From NCBI GenBank assembly GCA_963749915.1, contig CAVVOP010000009.1:1-64000 (forward strand): DNA of 64,000 bases, in the 5' to 3' direction. Position 1 is the first letter of the stretch. Each line of letters opens with the position of its first letter. Position numbers and translations under genes: made by a program. The notes under the pieces were generated by a model. That model saw only the letters and a program-made list of their open reading frames with translations, ran no database searches and was not told the DNA's origin. Source of the DNA: an uncultured cyanobacterium. Lineage in GTDB: Bacteria; Cyanobacteriota; Cyanobacteriia; Cyanobacteriales; Cyanobacteriaceae. This document shows positions 52,797 through 63,577 of this stretch, piece by piece.

Positions 52797-54500
52797 TTAA
52801 AAATGAAAAGTTGCTGAAAGAAATGGCCCATTAAAACTTTCTTTAAAACCAAAAGCATTATTACCACTGCCCCAAGAATAATTGATTTCATAGAAACGGT
52901 AGCCCAATTGTAAAGCAGTGTTATAACCTACCCACAAATCCGTACCAAATAATATATTCCAACTCATATCCGTTTCCCCTGCCAATCCGAATCCTGACGC
53001 ATCCCCCCTTAACCATAGTCCAATGCGATCGTTCATTTGTACCCCCAACTTAGCACCTATCATAGGTTCAAACCATGTTCTGGTCTGACCGTAGTTATTT
53101 TGAAAGCTACCATTAAAATTAACCAAGGTACTGGTAGCCACAACATTAGTACTTTGCTCTATATTAATACTAATGCTGTTAAGTCTCATTCCGGCAATGG
53201 GTTGAAACCAGAAAATGGGGTAATTACGTCCTGACGGTTTTTCTGGCAGTCTGTAATTGGGAATTTCGCCAAAATGATAACTCACGGCAAAGTCATAAAT
53301 CCCCTGTTGAAAACTTAAATTCGTCTGACTATCGATGTCTAAATTTTGGGGAGAGCGATTTTCGATGAAATCCTCAGTTTTCTGAATTTTCGCCAATTCT
53401 TGATCTACTAAAGATTTAGCTTGTTCTAATTCTGTTTGTAATTTTTGTAACTCCTCAGTATCTTCAATTTTTCGTTGTTCAATCACCCTTTGTAGTCCAT
53501 CTTCTAAAATATCACTGGTGTTGGTTAATTCTTCCTTAATTTCAGGGATAGAAGATAAAACCCCCGTCTCCTTAATTTGCTTATTTAACTCTTGTAAATC
53601 CTGAATTTTAGGAAAATCTCTCACATTCAAAGCAAGTAATTCTTTAAAACCTTCGGGAGTTAATTTAAAATTCTCTAAATCTTGAAAATTAAGATCGCCA
53701 ATGCGAGAATCAGAGAATTTAGCTAAATTAGCCCTAATTTCCGCAACTTTAGCGTCAACAGTTTCGATTCTTATCTTATCTTGACTAATAGCAATCTGTA
53801 AGTCTTCGATTTGTTGATTTAATTGTTGGACAATTTCTGTTTCTTTTAACTGTTCATTTTGTTTCGCCGTTTCAATTTTTTGATCAAGATTATTAACTAA
53901 TTCTGTTACCCTTGTATTTGTGCCTTTACTCATTAAATAATTCAAAGAATTTAAAGTCGAAGGAGTACGAGTTAATTGGGCTTGTAAATTAGCAACAGCT
54001 CCCAAATTCACGTAATATCCATCAAAAATCAGTCCAAATCTACCCTTCCATGCTTCCACCCTTGCACTAGCGGTAAAATTTAAAGAGTCTAATAGTTCTC
54101 CCAAATTCAAATTATAATTAACAGTTCTTCCTCTAGCGGTAGCAGTGCCATAAGTACTTACCGGTACAGTTACATAGGGTTGAAATTGAAAACGCCACTT
54201 ATTGGAATCTGTGGCAATACTTACGGGTTCAGTATCTTGGACTTGAATTTGGGTAAATAAACTATTAGTATTTTGATTAAATTTGTCAATTTCAAAAGTA
54301 CCTGAAATATCTTTTTTAAACTCAGATTTTTGCCAATAATTACCTTCATCTAGTTTCAAATCTTCCGCACAATTACAGCCATTAGAAGTAAATATTTCGT
54401 CTTTTTCTGGGAATTTTATAGGATCAGCGATCGCTTTGAAAGAAAAACAAGTCCCGCCCATAGCCAATATAAATATTAGAGATTTTTTTAATAAAAACAT
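52797..54500 (-). CDS. Putative outer-membrane beta-barrel protein with a large coiled-coil insertion
   Basis: Signal peptide, WRFQFQPY, WLRGDASGFG and C-terminal GPFLSATFHF; central Q/E/K/L-rich helical region. Confidence 0.65.
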   Translation of the reverse strand: MFLLKKSLIFILAMGGTCFSFKAIADPIKFPEKDEIFTSNGCNCAEDLKLDEGNYWQKSEFKKDISGTFEIDKFNQNTNSLFTQIQVQDTEPVSIATDSNKWRFQFQPYVTVPVSTYGTATARGRTVNYNLNLGELLDSLNFTASARVEAWKGRFGLIFDGYYVNLGAVANLQAQLTRTPSTLNSLNYLMSKGTNTRVTELVNNLDQKIETAKQNEQLKETEIVQQLNQQIEDLQIAISQDKIRIETVDAKVAEIRANLAKFSDSRIGDLNFQDLENFKLTPEGFKELLALNVRDFPKIQDLQELNKQIKETGVLSSIPEIKEELTNTSDILEDGLQRVIEQRKIEDTEELQKLQTELEQAKSLVDQELAKIQKTEDFIENRSPQNLDIDSQTNLSFQQGIYDFAVSYHFGEIPNYRLPEKPSGRNYPIFWFQPIAGMRLNSISINIEQSTNVVATSTLVNFNGSFQNNYGQTRTWFEPMIGAKLGVQMNDRIGLWLRGDASGFGLAGETDMSWNILFGTDLWVGYNTALQLGYRFYEINYSWGSGNNAFGFKESFNGPFLSATFHF

Positions 54501-54628
54501 AACTTTTAAATAACCAATAAATTTTTGATTAAATTCAGGAAAAAACCAAGCTATAAAAATTGATAAATTGATGATTAATAGACAATAATTGATTATTAAT
54601 TTACTTGTGTGGAAACAATAATTAAAAT

Positions 54629-56245
54629 TTAATTAGTTGGTTTGATGGCTTCATTTATTTGCTCTTGGGTTAAGGATCTGATTAAGTAGATGGGTAGGGG
54701 ATCTTTACCCATTTTTTGTATAGCAGTATTGGTCAAATAAGGCTCGAATTGTTTTTGTTGATTCAAGTAAAGATTAAAGAATGCTAAACTAATAATTTTC
54801 AAATAATCATAGGCTAAATCTTGCCCATCTCCGACAATAAAATTAGGTAATTTATCTGTGCCTTGGGAAAAAGATAAGTGAGTCGCATTTTTGACTAAAA
54901 GCAAATATTTATCCTTTTTATCCACATCAGAAAAAGGAACAATTTGTTCTGGTAAAGCAGGGGCAAAAATATCCGCACTTCCAGCAATAAACATAATCGG
55001 CACAGAAATTTGATTAATACCTTCATTACCAAAAGCGGGGTTAGTAACAGGATTTATGGCAATTACTGCTTTTATTCTTGAATCTTGAAGATTTTCCACA
55101 GGAGGTGCATCTGTAACACCTTTACATTGCCAAAGCAAAGCTGGATTTAAGTTAATTTGATTGGGATTATTCAATTTGGCACACTCTTTTAATAAATAAT
55201 CCCATTGAACATTTGCACCTCCCGTTGCCGTGGAGGTATATCCTCCTAGAGAATGACCTAAAATGCCTACATTATTGATGTCTAATTTCCCTCGCCAATT
55301 ACTATCAGACTCAGTTTTTTGTGTGAGGGTATCTAAAACTAAACTAATATCTTTCGGTTGATTCATCCAAGCATTAGGAGTGGGAAAGGTGTCTAACCCT
55401 TGCAAAGCATCAATCATTCTTTCGTTGTCACTTTCAGGAAAGTCAATACCTACCGTCGCAAAGCCATGAGAGGCTAAGTGTTCAGCAACATAACGTAAGG
55501 CTTGAAAATCCGAGTTTAACCCTGGTGCAATAACGACTATTGGTGCAGGTTTAGTTAATTTTTCAGGCAGATAAACAAAGACAGTTAAAGGTTCACCATT
55601 AGGACGGGAGATTGTCAAGGTTTCCGATGTCCAAGTAACTTTTCCTGCTTGGGATAATTCAGATAAAGCTATAGAAGGATTATTGAAAGTTTCCGTGTCG
55701 CTTTGACCATCTAACCAGGCAAAAATGCGATCGGTTGTTTGATATAACTGATCTGCCTCATGAATAGTATTGCGTAAAGTTTCCAAATTCAGAGCTAAGC
55801 TTGGACTATCATAATTATTAAGAACATCAATAATTTTAAAGCCATTAGGACTCTCCGCCGCCGAAATAATCGCACCCTTCAGTAAGGGTTGACTTTGTGC
55901 TGGTGGACTCTTAATGGCCATACTCAGTTGTTTAACAATTTCTTTGCCAAACTGGGTATTAAAAAATTCAAAGGCTTCGGTGCTATTTAATGGAAAGGAT
56001 TTGTTTAATAACCCTCTTAATTCTGCTAATTCTTCAGCATTAAAATGTTTGGTATAAAAAGCAAAATCAGGGGTAATTGTACCGTCTTTGGCAAAAATGT
56101 CCAAACTCTTAACCGAAACATCAAATTCTCCCAAAGGCTGGATAAAAAAGGTAATTTTTTCGGCGGCAGAAACGGAAAAAGACGGCAATATCGAAAGTAA
56201 GCCTAATCCCAAAGTTAGCCCTAATTTTTGTCTTAAATTAATCAT
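54629..56245 (-). CDS. DUF1400 + alpha/beta hydrolase
   Basis: Signal peptide, AAEKI, GHSLGG nucleophile motif and ATHLSF. Confidence 0.85.
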   Translation of the reverse strand: MINLRQKLGLTLGLGLLSILPSFSVSAAEKITFFIQPLGEFDVSVKSLDIFAKDGTITPDFAFYTKHFNAEELAELRGLLNKSFPLNSTEAFEFFNTQFGKEIVKQLSMAIKSPPAQSQPLLKGAIISAAESPNGFKIIDVLNNYDSPSLALNLETLRNTIHEADQLYQTTDRIFAWLDGQSDTETFNNPSIALSELSQAGKVTWTSETLTISRPNGEPLTVFVYLPEKLTKPAPIVVIAPGLNSDFQALRYVAEHLASHGFATVGIDFPESDNERMIDALQGLDTFPTPNAWMNQPKDISLVLDTLTQKTESDSNWRGKLDINNVGILGHSLGGYTSTATGGANVQWDYLLKECAKLNNPNQINLNPALLWQCKGVTDAPPVENLQDSRIKAVIAINPVTNPAFGNEGINQISVPIMFIAGSADIFAPALPEQIVPFSDVDKKDKYLLLVKNATHLSFSQGTDKLPNFIVGDGQDLAYDYLKIISLAFFNLYLNQQKQFEPYLTNTAIQKMGKDPLPIYLIRSLTQEQINEAIKPTN

Positions 56246-56450
56246 ATAATCACTCCATAATAATGTTTTAATAACTTTTTTAAACTTCCAAAAAACATCT
56301 TAATTACTTTACATTCACCTATTGTCCTCAATACCGAAAATAGTCAGAATGAAAAGTAAATAAACTTTGACCTATCTAAGTTATTTTTTTTGTTTTAAAA
56401 GGCGATCGCCCTTTTTAGTTAGCAATCGCTACAGTTTTCCCTAAGTCTTT

Positions 56451-57083
56451 TTAATAAAGAACTGGACGGGGTGCGACATAAACAGGAGCAACTGGTACTA
56501 CGGGTACAACAGGAGCAACTACGGGAGGATGATAGTAATATGCACCAGCACCAGCCGCCGCCGCACCAGCCGCGACACCTGCCCCATACATTCGCCAACG
56601 TCCTAAAATGTCGATAAAGAGAGATGATTCTTGAAAATTAGAGGGTAATTCTCCTTGTAAAACTTTAACTTGGTAGGAAAGATTGTTATTTTCTAACTTG
56701 GGATTAGTTAATTCTATTACTACGCTATTAACACCTTTTTCTCCAAAAATTGACAATGTAGCATTAGGGGGATTAGACGCAAAATTATCTGAGCCTTCAT
56801 CCCAATGACCGATAAATTCAGCGTTTTGTACATGACCCGAAATACGTTCTGGGCGATCGCTAAAAAAGATAGTTGAACCGACTCCATTAAGATTCAATCT
56901 TTTACCGTCATAACTACCTGTGACAGAATTTTGCACAAACAGCAGTTGTACAGGATCAGAAATTTCTTTAGTTTCAGGGGCTGGTTTTGCCTCAACAGAT
57001 TTATTAGTAATTAAATTACCCACAGAAACAGTCAAGGTAAGCATACTAACGGTAAATAAAGCACAAAGAGATTTTTTGTTCAT
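56451..57083 (-). CDS. Secreted hypothetical protein (paralogue of 61413-62033)
   Basis: LLFVQ, FSDRPERISG, NPPNATLS and SLFID motifs; Gly/Ala/Pro tail. Confidence 0.7.
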   Translation of the reverse strand: MNKKSLCALFTVSMLTLTVSVGNLITNKSVEAKPAPETKEISDPVQLLFVQNSVTGSYDGKRLNLNGVGSTIFFSDRPERISGHVQNAEFIGHWDEGSDNFASNPPNATLSIFGEKGVNSVVIELTNPKLENNNLSYQVKVLQGELPSNFQESSLFIDILGRWRMYGAGVAAGAAAAGAGAYYYHPPVVAPVVPVVPVAPVYVAPRPVLY

Positions 57084-57104
57084 GATTTTAAAATTATTAA
57101 TTGA

Positions 57105-57217
57105 GTAGCGTGGGCATTGCCCACATTAAATTCATCGGTGATTGCAATTGCCCCCTTAATCCCCCAAGTTTGGGGGAAAGACGAATTGAATTCCCCCATA
57201 TTTGGGGGCAGGGGGCA
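57105..57217. repeat. REP-like palindromes
   Basis: GTGGGCATTGCCCAC, CCCCCAAGTTTGGGGG and CCCCCATATTTGGGGG. Confidence 0.6.
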
Positions 57218-57231
57218 GTAAAAAAACTAAA

Positions 57232-59790
57232 CTATTCAGAAACTTTATTGTTTCTCTGGGCTTGTTTTAGTTTCTCTATATCTTGAGGGCTTAATTGAGG
57301 ACGATCGATCGTCAAAGTCAACTTATCGAGCTTACCGTTAAATTGAAAAGGCACTTGATAATCAGCATCATCAACAGGTGTACCCGTATCTGCACCCACA
57401 TCAAAGTTTTCATCCCACTGCAAAATAAGGGGGACTGTCTGCTCCATCGTTTGAGTGGCAACGTTTTGACCATCGACCTTAAGGATTCCTGTGCCACTTC
57501 GACCAATCCCGCTCATGCTATTAAAAGCGAGTGTTTCTGCGCCCAGTCCATCATACTTAAAATCAAATTCAAGGGTATGTTTACCTGGAGAGAGAGCTTC
57601 TGTCCCTTCCCAGCGAGGACGCTTAAGATCGACTAAGTTCCAGAGAAATACAGGTTTTCCTTTGAGTAAATAGAAGCCATAACCGCCAAAACGACCACCT
57701 TGGGTGACAATCATGCCATCGCCGCCACCCGTTGGAACTTCTACCTCGGCTTTGAAATTGTAGGAACTGTTGAGAATACTGGGTGCATCCCCATTGGGTG
57801 TTCCCGTAATCTCACCCGAATAGGTAAAGACATTACGACCAGCACTGAGGCTAGGTCGTGGAGCAACGAGACGGGTTGCGACAGTATTATCTAAGGGAAG
57901 CACTTGATATTTTTCGGCTTCTTTCCAAAAAAGTGCCTGTAATTCCTTCAGTTTTTCGGGATTTTTGTCGGCAACATCCTCAAATTGTGTCCAGTCGTTC
58001 GTTAAATCATAGAGTTCCCAAGGATAATCAGAGGGTTGTTTATCGACTATTTTCACAATTTCCCAAGGTGGACGCATGACTTTAGTACTCGCAATCCAGC
58101 CCTCATGATAGAGTGCGTGATCCCCCATCATCTCGAAATATTGCGTTTTATGAGGTGAAGGTGCATTGGCATTTTTTGGATCAAAAGTATAGGCTAAACT
58201 GACCCCTTCAATCGGTTTTTGAGGAATACCATCTACGATTTCTGGTGCAGGGATACCTGTTACGTCAAGAATTGTCGGCACGATGTCAATAACATGGTGG
58301 AACTGATTGCGAATGCCACCTTTATCTTTGATCATCTCTGGCCAAGAAATAGCCATGCCCTGTCGCACACCACCAAAATGGGAAGCCACCTGTTTTGTCC
58401 AAGAGAAGGGAGTATCAAACGCCCAAGACCAATCGACGGACATATGGGGATAAGTTTGATCTGACCCCCAAACATCGTAAAAGTTCTTGAGTTGGTCTTC
58501 AACAGGCACATTGACACCGTTAAAGGAAGCTACTTCATTGGGTGTTCCAATTAGGGTTCCTTCGGCACTCGTTCCATTGTCTCCGTTGATATAGATGATG
58601 AGCGTATTATCCAACTTACCCATATCTTCAACGGTCTGAATCACCCGTCCAATTTCGTGGTCGGTATAAGCGACATAAGCAGCGAAAACTTCCGCTTGAT
58701 GGATAAACATTTTCTTGTCGTCTGCTGATAAGGTATCCCATTGTTTAAGCAGATCATCTGGCCAAGGGGTTAACTTTGCATTTTGGGGAATGACACCAAG
58801 TTTTTTCTGATTTTCAAAGATGGTTTGCCGTAATTCGTTCCATCCTTTGTCAAACAGGTGCATGTTGTGGATTTTCTCAATCCATTCGGGGGTCGGATGA
58901 TGGGGAGCATGGGTACCGCCAGGGACGTAATAAACGAAGAATGGTTGATCGGGGGCGACGGCGTTAACCCGATTCATGTATTGAATCGCATCATCCGCTT
59001 GGGCAGTCGTTAGATTCCACTTGGATTTACCTACATAGGGATAGATCGGGCTAGTATTGCGAAAGAGATTCGGTTGCCATTGGCTGGTATCCCCTCCAAC
59101 AAAGCCATAAAAGTAATCAAATCCCATACCCGTTGGCCACTGATCGAAGGGGCCAGCTTGACTAGCTTGAAAGTCTGGGGTGTTGTGATCTTTGCCAAAC
59201 CAAGAAGTCGAGTAACCGTTATCTTTAAGAATTTTGCCAATGGTGGCTTTTTCACGGGGAATAATCGAGTTATAGCCAGGATAGCCCGTTGATTGTTCAG
59301 AAATTACTCCAAATCCGACAGAGTGATGATTACGTCCTGTAATCAGTGCGGCCCGTGTTGGGGAACACAAAGCCGTTGAGTTAAAGTTGGTGTAACGTAA
59401 ACCGTTTTGGGCAATGCGATCGAGAGCAGGAGTGGGAATGACCCCCCCAAAGGTATTGGGAACACCAAAACCGGAATCATCGGTCATGATCAGCAAGACA
59501 TTCGGTGAGCCCTTGGGGGGAACAACACGAGACGGCCAGAAAGGTTTGGAGTCTTTAACGTTGCGATTGATGACTCCCCCAAATTTAGTTGAGGGCGGGG
59601 GCAATTGTTCCCCACTAATGGTCATGGTTGAGCTGGGAGAACCTGGTACGCCGTTGATTTGTTGGGCGATCACCGGAGCAAAAAATATTCCTGAACCTAT
59701 TACCATGAGGAAAACCAGTATTCCTGCGGATATAAGCTTAAAATTCCCCGATAATAAGCGGTTAAGCAAAGATTTGAAACGTGTAAGCAT
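57232..59790 (-). CDS. Arylsulfatase (Cys-type, FGly-dependent)
   Basis: NVLLIMTDD, CSPTRAALITGR, FGKDH and INGDNG motifs; N-terminal signal; start uncertain. Confidence 0.93.
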   Translation of the reverse strand: MLTRFKSLLNRLLSGNFKLISAGILVFLMVIGSGIFFAPVIAQQINGVPGSPSSTMTISGEQLPPPSTKFGGVINRNVKDSKPFWPSRVVPPKGSPNVLLIMTDDSGFGVPNTFGGVIPTPALDRIAQNGLRYTNFNSTALCSPTRAALITGRNHHSVGFGVISEQSTGYPGYNSIIPREKATIGKILKDNGYSTSWFGKDHNTPDFQASQAGPFDQWPTGMGFDYFYGFVGGDTSQWQPNLFRNTSPIYPYVGKSKWNLTTAQADDAIQYMNRVNAVAPDQPFFVYYVPGGTHAPHHPTPEWIEKIHNMHLFDKGWNELRQTIFENQKKLGVIPQNAKLTPWPDDLLKQWDTLSADDKKMFIHQAEVFAAYVAYTDHEIGRVIQTVEDMGKLDNTLIIYINGDNGTSAEGTLIGTPNEVASFNGVNVPVEDQLKNFYDVWGSDQTYPHMSVDWSWAFDTPFSWTKQVASHFGGVRQGMAISWPEMIKDKGGIRNQFHHVIDIVPTILDVTGIPAPEIVDGIPQKPIEGVSLAYTFDPKNANAPSPHKTQYFEMMGDHALYHEGWIASTKVMRPPWEIVKIVDKQPSDYPWELYDLTNDWTQFEDVADKNPEKLKELQALFWKEAEKYQVLPLDNTVATRLVAPRPSLSAGRNVFTYSGEITGTPNGDAPSILNSSYNFKAEVEVPTGGGDGMIVTQGGRFGGYGFYLLKGKPVFLWNLVDLKRPRWEGTEALSPGKHTLEFDFKYDGLGAETLAFNSMSGIGRSGTGILKVDGQNVATQTMEQTVPLILQWDENFDVGADTGTPVDDADYQVPFQFNGKLDKLTLTIDRPQLSPQDIEKLKQAQRNNKVSE

Positions 59791-59806
59791 TATTTTGATA
59801 AGTTGT

Positions 59807-60277
59807 TTAATTCCAAAATGGGTTAGTTCGATCGACAGTACAAGCCATACTTTGATTTTCAAAGGTATTAATCCAATTTTTCATTAGTGATTTACCTTCA
59901 TTGCCTTTTATCCAAGTAACAGTAATCAGGTTAATGGTATTTTCATCGGATTCACAGGAAAACTGGACGGCGTTGTCAGGAATATTGACTAATTGTTCTT
60001 GACATTGCCATTGATTAGTCTCCATCTCCATGATTTCTTGCCAATTTGTCACCATTTTTACTTCTACTAAAATCTGTTGATTTTCTTGGTTACAAGACCA
60101 AGTTTTCATTTGATCTGTATTATTGGGTAAATCATCCACATCTGCTGGAATTATGGTGGGAATCTGTGAGGGTGTTTGAGCTTTCAGGGGATTTAAGATT
60201 AAATCACCCCATACAACGCCTAATAACATAGCAATTCCTAAATGACGCTTAGAGATCGTAAATACTTTTAAATTCAT
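59807..60277 (-). CDS. Secreted hypothetical protein
   Basis: Signal peptide (LKA-Q) and 4 Cys. Confidence 0.6.
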   Translation of the reverse strand: MNLKVFTISKRHLGIAMLLGVVWGDLILNPLKAQTPSQIPTIIPADVDDLPNNTDQMKTWSCNQENQQILVEVKMVTNWQEIMEMETNQWQCQEQLVNIPDNAVQFSCESDENTINLITVTWIKGNEGKSLMKNWINTFENQSMACTVDRTNPFWN

Positions 60278-60296
60278 GATGTAAATATTTTTTGAA

Positions 60297-60860
60297 CTAA
60301 AACAATCTATAAAAGCTAAATCTTCCTACTCCCATAGGTAAACCAGTGGCATTATTTCCCGCAGGAAAAGTGGTTACGCTATACAGATAAGTGTCATCAT
60401 CTGGGGGATTTCGGAAGGCTTCAAGACGAATACTGAAAGTTGTTCCGGGAGGTACTGGGGGATCAAAAACCACCGTGACTGCCTGAGTTTGGGGATCTTG
60501 AGTAGTTTGGATAGTAAGGGGTTTACCTACATTTCCTTGAGTACCGATAAAAGCATAAGTACTCGATACATTGATCGGAATGACATTAACGTTTTGTTGT
60601 TGTTGAATAGTTATTTTTCCTAAAGATTCGATCGAATTATTAGGTAGGTGAAAGGTGAAATAATAATGAGCATTAGGCCAGTTGATGATAGAGTCAGGAG
60701 TTTGCGCACCTACAAAAATGGGAGGTTGCCCAGTGAAAAAATTAGGATTATCAATCTGTTGGGCATAAGTAGATGGATTTAACAAAATACCACTTGTACT
60801 TAATAAAAAAGGTGAAATCAGTTTAACTATTTTCATAGATTTGATCTTTTTAATCATCAA
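60297..60860 (-). CDS. DUF2808-like protein
   Basis: YYFTFHLP, VVFDPPVPPG and NP...YLYSV motifs. Confidence 0.75.
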   Translation of the reverse strand: MMIKKIKSMKIVKLISPFLLSTSGILLNPSTYAQQIDNPNFFTGQPPIFVGAQTPDSIINWPNAHYYFTFHLPNNSIESLGKITIQQQQNVNVIPINVSSTYAFIGTQGNVGKPLTIQTTQDPQTQAVTVVFDPPVPPGTTFSIRLEAFRNPPDDDTYLYSVTTFPAGNNATGLPMGVGRFSFYRLF

Positions 60861-60865
60861 TGACC

Positions 60866-61375
60866 TTATGTTAGTTCAGAATTTTTTTTAGCGAAAAATA
60901 ATTTACTCAAGTTTCCTTTACCTAAATAATTATCAATTTCTTTGAAAATATTGTGAATCAAAAAAATCACGGAAACACATAAAGTTACTGCTAAAAAATG
61001 AGAAAAATGACGGGTTTCTAAAAATAGCTCGATCGCCCCGACCATGGCTTTAGTTTCCTTATAAGCATGGAAAAGATTTTCAATCATCGAAATAACTAAA
61101 ACAGCAAAAGTATAAAGAAAAGTCTTATATAAAACTTCGATATAACGGGGTGATTGAGCATAACGATTTAAGAGCGGAGTCATGTCCATAATTGCCACTG
61201 CTTTAGCCGCCACTAATGAACTAATGATCGCCTTAGAAAAAACATAAGTATTAATCTCATATTGATCTAATAAAAGTTTCATCAGTAGCAAAATAAAACC
61301 AAATCCTATTAAAAAAAATAAGGATAGTGAGCCAATTTTTTTGAGTTCTTCTTTAAGTTTTTCCATTATTAGCAA
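60866..61375 (-). CDS. Hypothetical membrane protein
   Basis: About 4 TM segments. Confidence 0.65.
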   Translation of the reverse strand: MLIMEKLKEELKKIGSLSLFFLIGFGFILLLMKLLLDQYEINTYVFSKAIISSLVAAKAVAIMDMTPLLNRYAQSPRYIEVLYKTFLYTFAVLVISMIENLFHAYKETKAMVGAIELFLETRHFSHFLAVTLCVSVIFLIHNIFKEIDNYLGKGNLSKLFFAKKNSELT

Positions 61376-61412
61376 TAGTTCTTTTTGTATTTATCAGTAA
61401 TCTCATATATTC

Positions 61413-62033
61413 CTATCTTAATGGGCCACCATAACCTCCGTAAACACCAACTCCACGAGTCCCAACTCCTACCCCATGAAAACCGGGACCAACTCCTCCA
61501 CCCGCACCAATCCAGTCAATAAATAAGGCACTTTGACCACCAGATGTTGGCATTTTACCTTCGATGACTTTGTAATTGTAAACTAAATCTTTACCATCGA
61601 TAACAGGATTACTAATTTCGATCACCACCAGACTATTTTGAGGTTGCCCTTTTTCATAAACCGAAAGAGTAGCATTGGGCGGATCACTCTTGAAATTGTC
61701 TGAACCAGCACTAGCAGTCCATTCTTTCATATATTCAGGAGTAGTAACATGACCTGCTAAACGAACAGGTCGATCGGCAAAATAGAGAGTTTGGGGATTG
61801 ACGTTAACTAGGCGAATAGTTTTGTTATCGGTTTTTATGTCATCGGCTGTTTGAACAAACATTAACTGTACTTTCTGATCTTCTGTTTTTTGTTCTTGAG
61901 CTTTGACGGTGTAAAATGTAGCCGTGACGGAAATAACAGATACGGCTAAAGCTGAAATAGCGAAAAATTTGCGTATTTTTATCATGGAATTACTCTTAAA
62001 TTTATTGATAAAGTTTTTTAAACTAAGTTGCAT
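61413..62033 (-). CDS. Secreted hypothetical protein (paralogue of 56451-57083)
   Basis: LMFVQ, FADRPVRLAG, DPPNATLS and ALFID motifs; Gly-rich tail. Confidence 0.7.
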   Translation of the reverse strand: MQLSLKNFINKFKSNSMIKIRKFFAISALAVSVISVTATFYTVKAQEQKTEDQKVQLMFVQTADDIKTDNKTIRLVNVNPQTLYFADRPVRLAGHVTTPEYMKEWTASAGSDNFKSDPPNATLSVYEKGQPQNSLVVIEISNPVIDGKDLVYNYKVIEGKMPTSGGQSALFIDWIGAGGGVGPGFHGVGVGTRGVGVYGGYGGPLR

Positions 62034-62296
62034 ATATTTTTGCTAAAAATTAACTCACTTTAGTAGAGTTGAGCTGTTAGCAATGAAATTTATTTCATTG
62101 TGGGATATGGGTTGTGATTCATAAATCGCTTTGCCATAAATTGACAAAGCGTCGGGCAAAAGTCTGCTAAAGGTACGGGCATAATATATTATGCCCCTAC
62201 AAAAATGCAATTTTAGTTGTACTTTGAAACAGTCCTGCCCTTATGCGCCCTCTTCTTATCCTCCCTCATTTACAATCTCAATGGGTTTCAGCTTAT

Positions 62297-63262
62297 CTAT
62301 GATGCCGATGTGACTAAACGAAATCCGATATGAGATGTACCCGTATCAGCAGATTCTGCTTCCCTAGCCGAAGGGCGAAAACGACTGCAATAGTTACGAG
62401 CGCATAGATAAGAACCGCCTTTAATAACGTGTTTAATGACATTAGGATCACGAGGATCAAAACTTTCTTTTTCGTCACTGACAATAGGATTTAGTTGCTG
62501 AGATTTACTGTCATGACCATAATGATAATAGTCTTGAGTCCATTCCCACACATTCCCCGTCATATCATATAAACCATAACCATTGGGCGGAAAAGAGCCT
62601 ACTGGTGCAGTACCAAAATAACCATCGACTTGGGTATTTTTCACAGGAAATTCTCCCTGCCATGTGTTCGCTTTTTTGGGATTATAAGTATTACCCCACG
62701 CAAAAATTTTGTCCTTTAAGCCTCCCCTTGCGGCAAATTCCCATTGGGCTTCTGTTGGTAAAGATTTTCCTGCCCATTGAGCATAGGCGATCGCATCATC
62801 ATAGGCAACATGGACAACGGGATGATTTTCTTTCCCTTCAATAGTGCTATTTTTTCCTTGAGGATGTCGCCAATTTGCCCCTTGTACCCAATGCCACCAA
62901 CTTAATTCACTGAAAGATTGTCCTTCAGGAATAGGTTGAAATACCACAGAACCAGGCGATCGATCTTCTTCTGTTAATTCAGGGAATTGTGCCACAGATA
63001 AAGGGCGTTCGGCGATAGTAATATAACCTGTATCCTCGACAAACTTGGCAAATTGTTGATTAGTCACTTCGTGAGTATCTATACAAAAATCTTTCACGGT
63101 AACGGATTGAGCTGGTTTTTCTTCGGGAAATTCGTTATTTGCACCAATGGTAAAACTACCGCCCTTAATTTCTGTCATACCAGTTGAACAAGCCAAAACT
63201 GAGGGAATAAAGACGAAAAAAAGAACAGAGACTATTGCTAATATAAAAAGCACATTTTTCAT
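62297..63262 (-). CDS. Formylglycine-generating enzyme (SUMF1/FGE family)
   Basis: LPTEAQWEFAARGG, GLYDMTGNVWEW, KGGSYLCARNYCSRFR and HIGFR motifs. Confidence 0.92.
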   Translation of the reverse strand: MKNVLFILAIVSVLFFVFIPSVLACSTGMTEIKGGSFTIGANNEFPEEKPAQSVTVKDFCIDTHEVTNQQFAKFVEDTGYITIAERPLSVAQFPELTEEDRSPGSVVFQPIPEGQSFSELSWWHWVQGANWRHPQGKNSTIEGKENHPVVHVAYDDAIAYAQWAGKSLPTEAQWEFAARGGLKDKIFAWGNTYNPKKANTWQGEFPVKNTQVDGYFGTAPVGSFPPNGYGLYDMTGNVWEWTQDYYHYGHDSKSQQLNPIVSDEKESFDPRDPNVIKHVIKGGSYLCARNYCSRFRPSAREAESADTGTSHIGFRLVTSAS

Positions 63263-63577
63263 CTTCAGAAGATAAGCCCGATCATCGATTTTGATTAAAG
63301 AAATTAAAGTAGCACTCCGCTATCAGCAATCAGTGAGCTTTTCAAGGTGTGTAATGGGGGATTTAAACCCTCGAATTTTTAGCTGACAGCTAAATGCTGA
63401 AAGCTGATAGCTAGTTAACTTTCATTCATATTTATTTAGGAATGAGAAAAGTATAAATATTTGTAGAAAACTTTTTCTTGCCATTTCGTGCCAATCTATA
63501 ATTAAAAGATCCGTAAATACTCTGAAATTGTTTTCTGCTTTAACTTGCCAATGATTGTTAATTTTTGTTAATTATTT

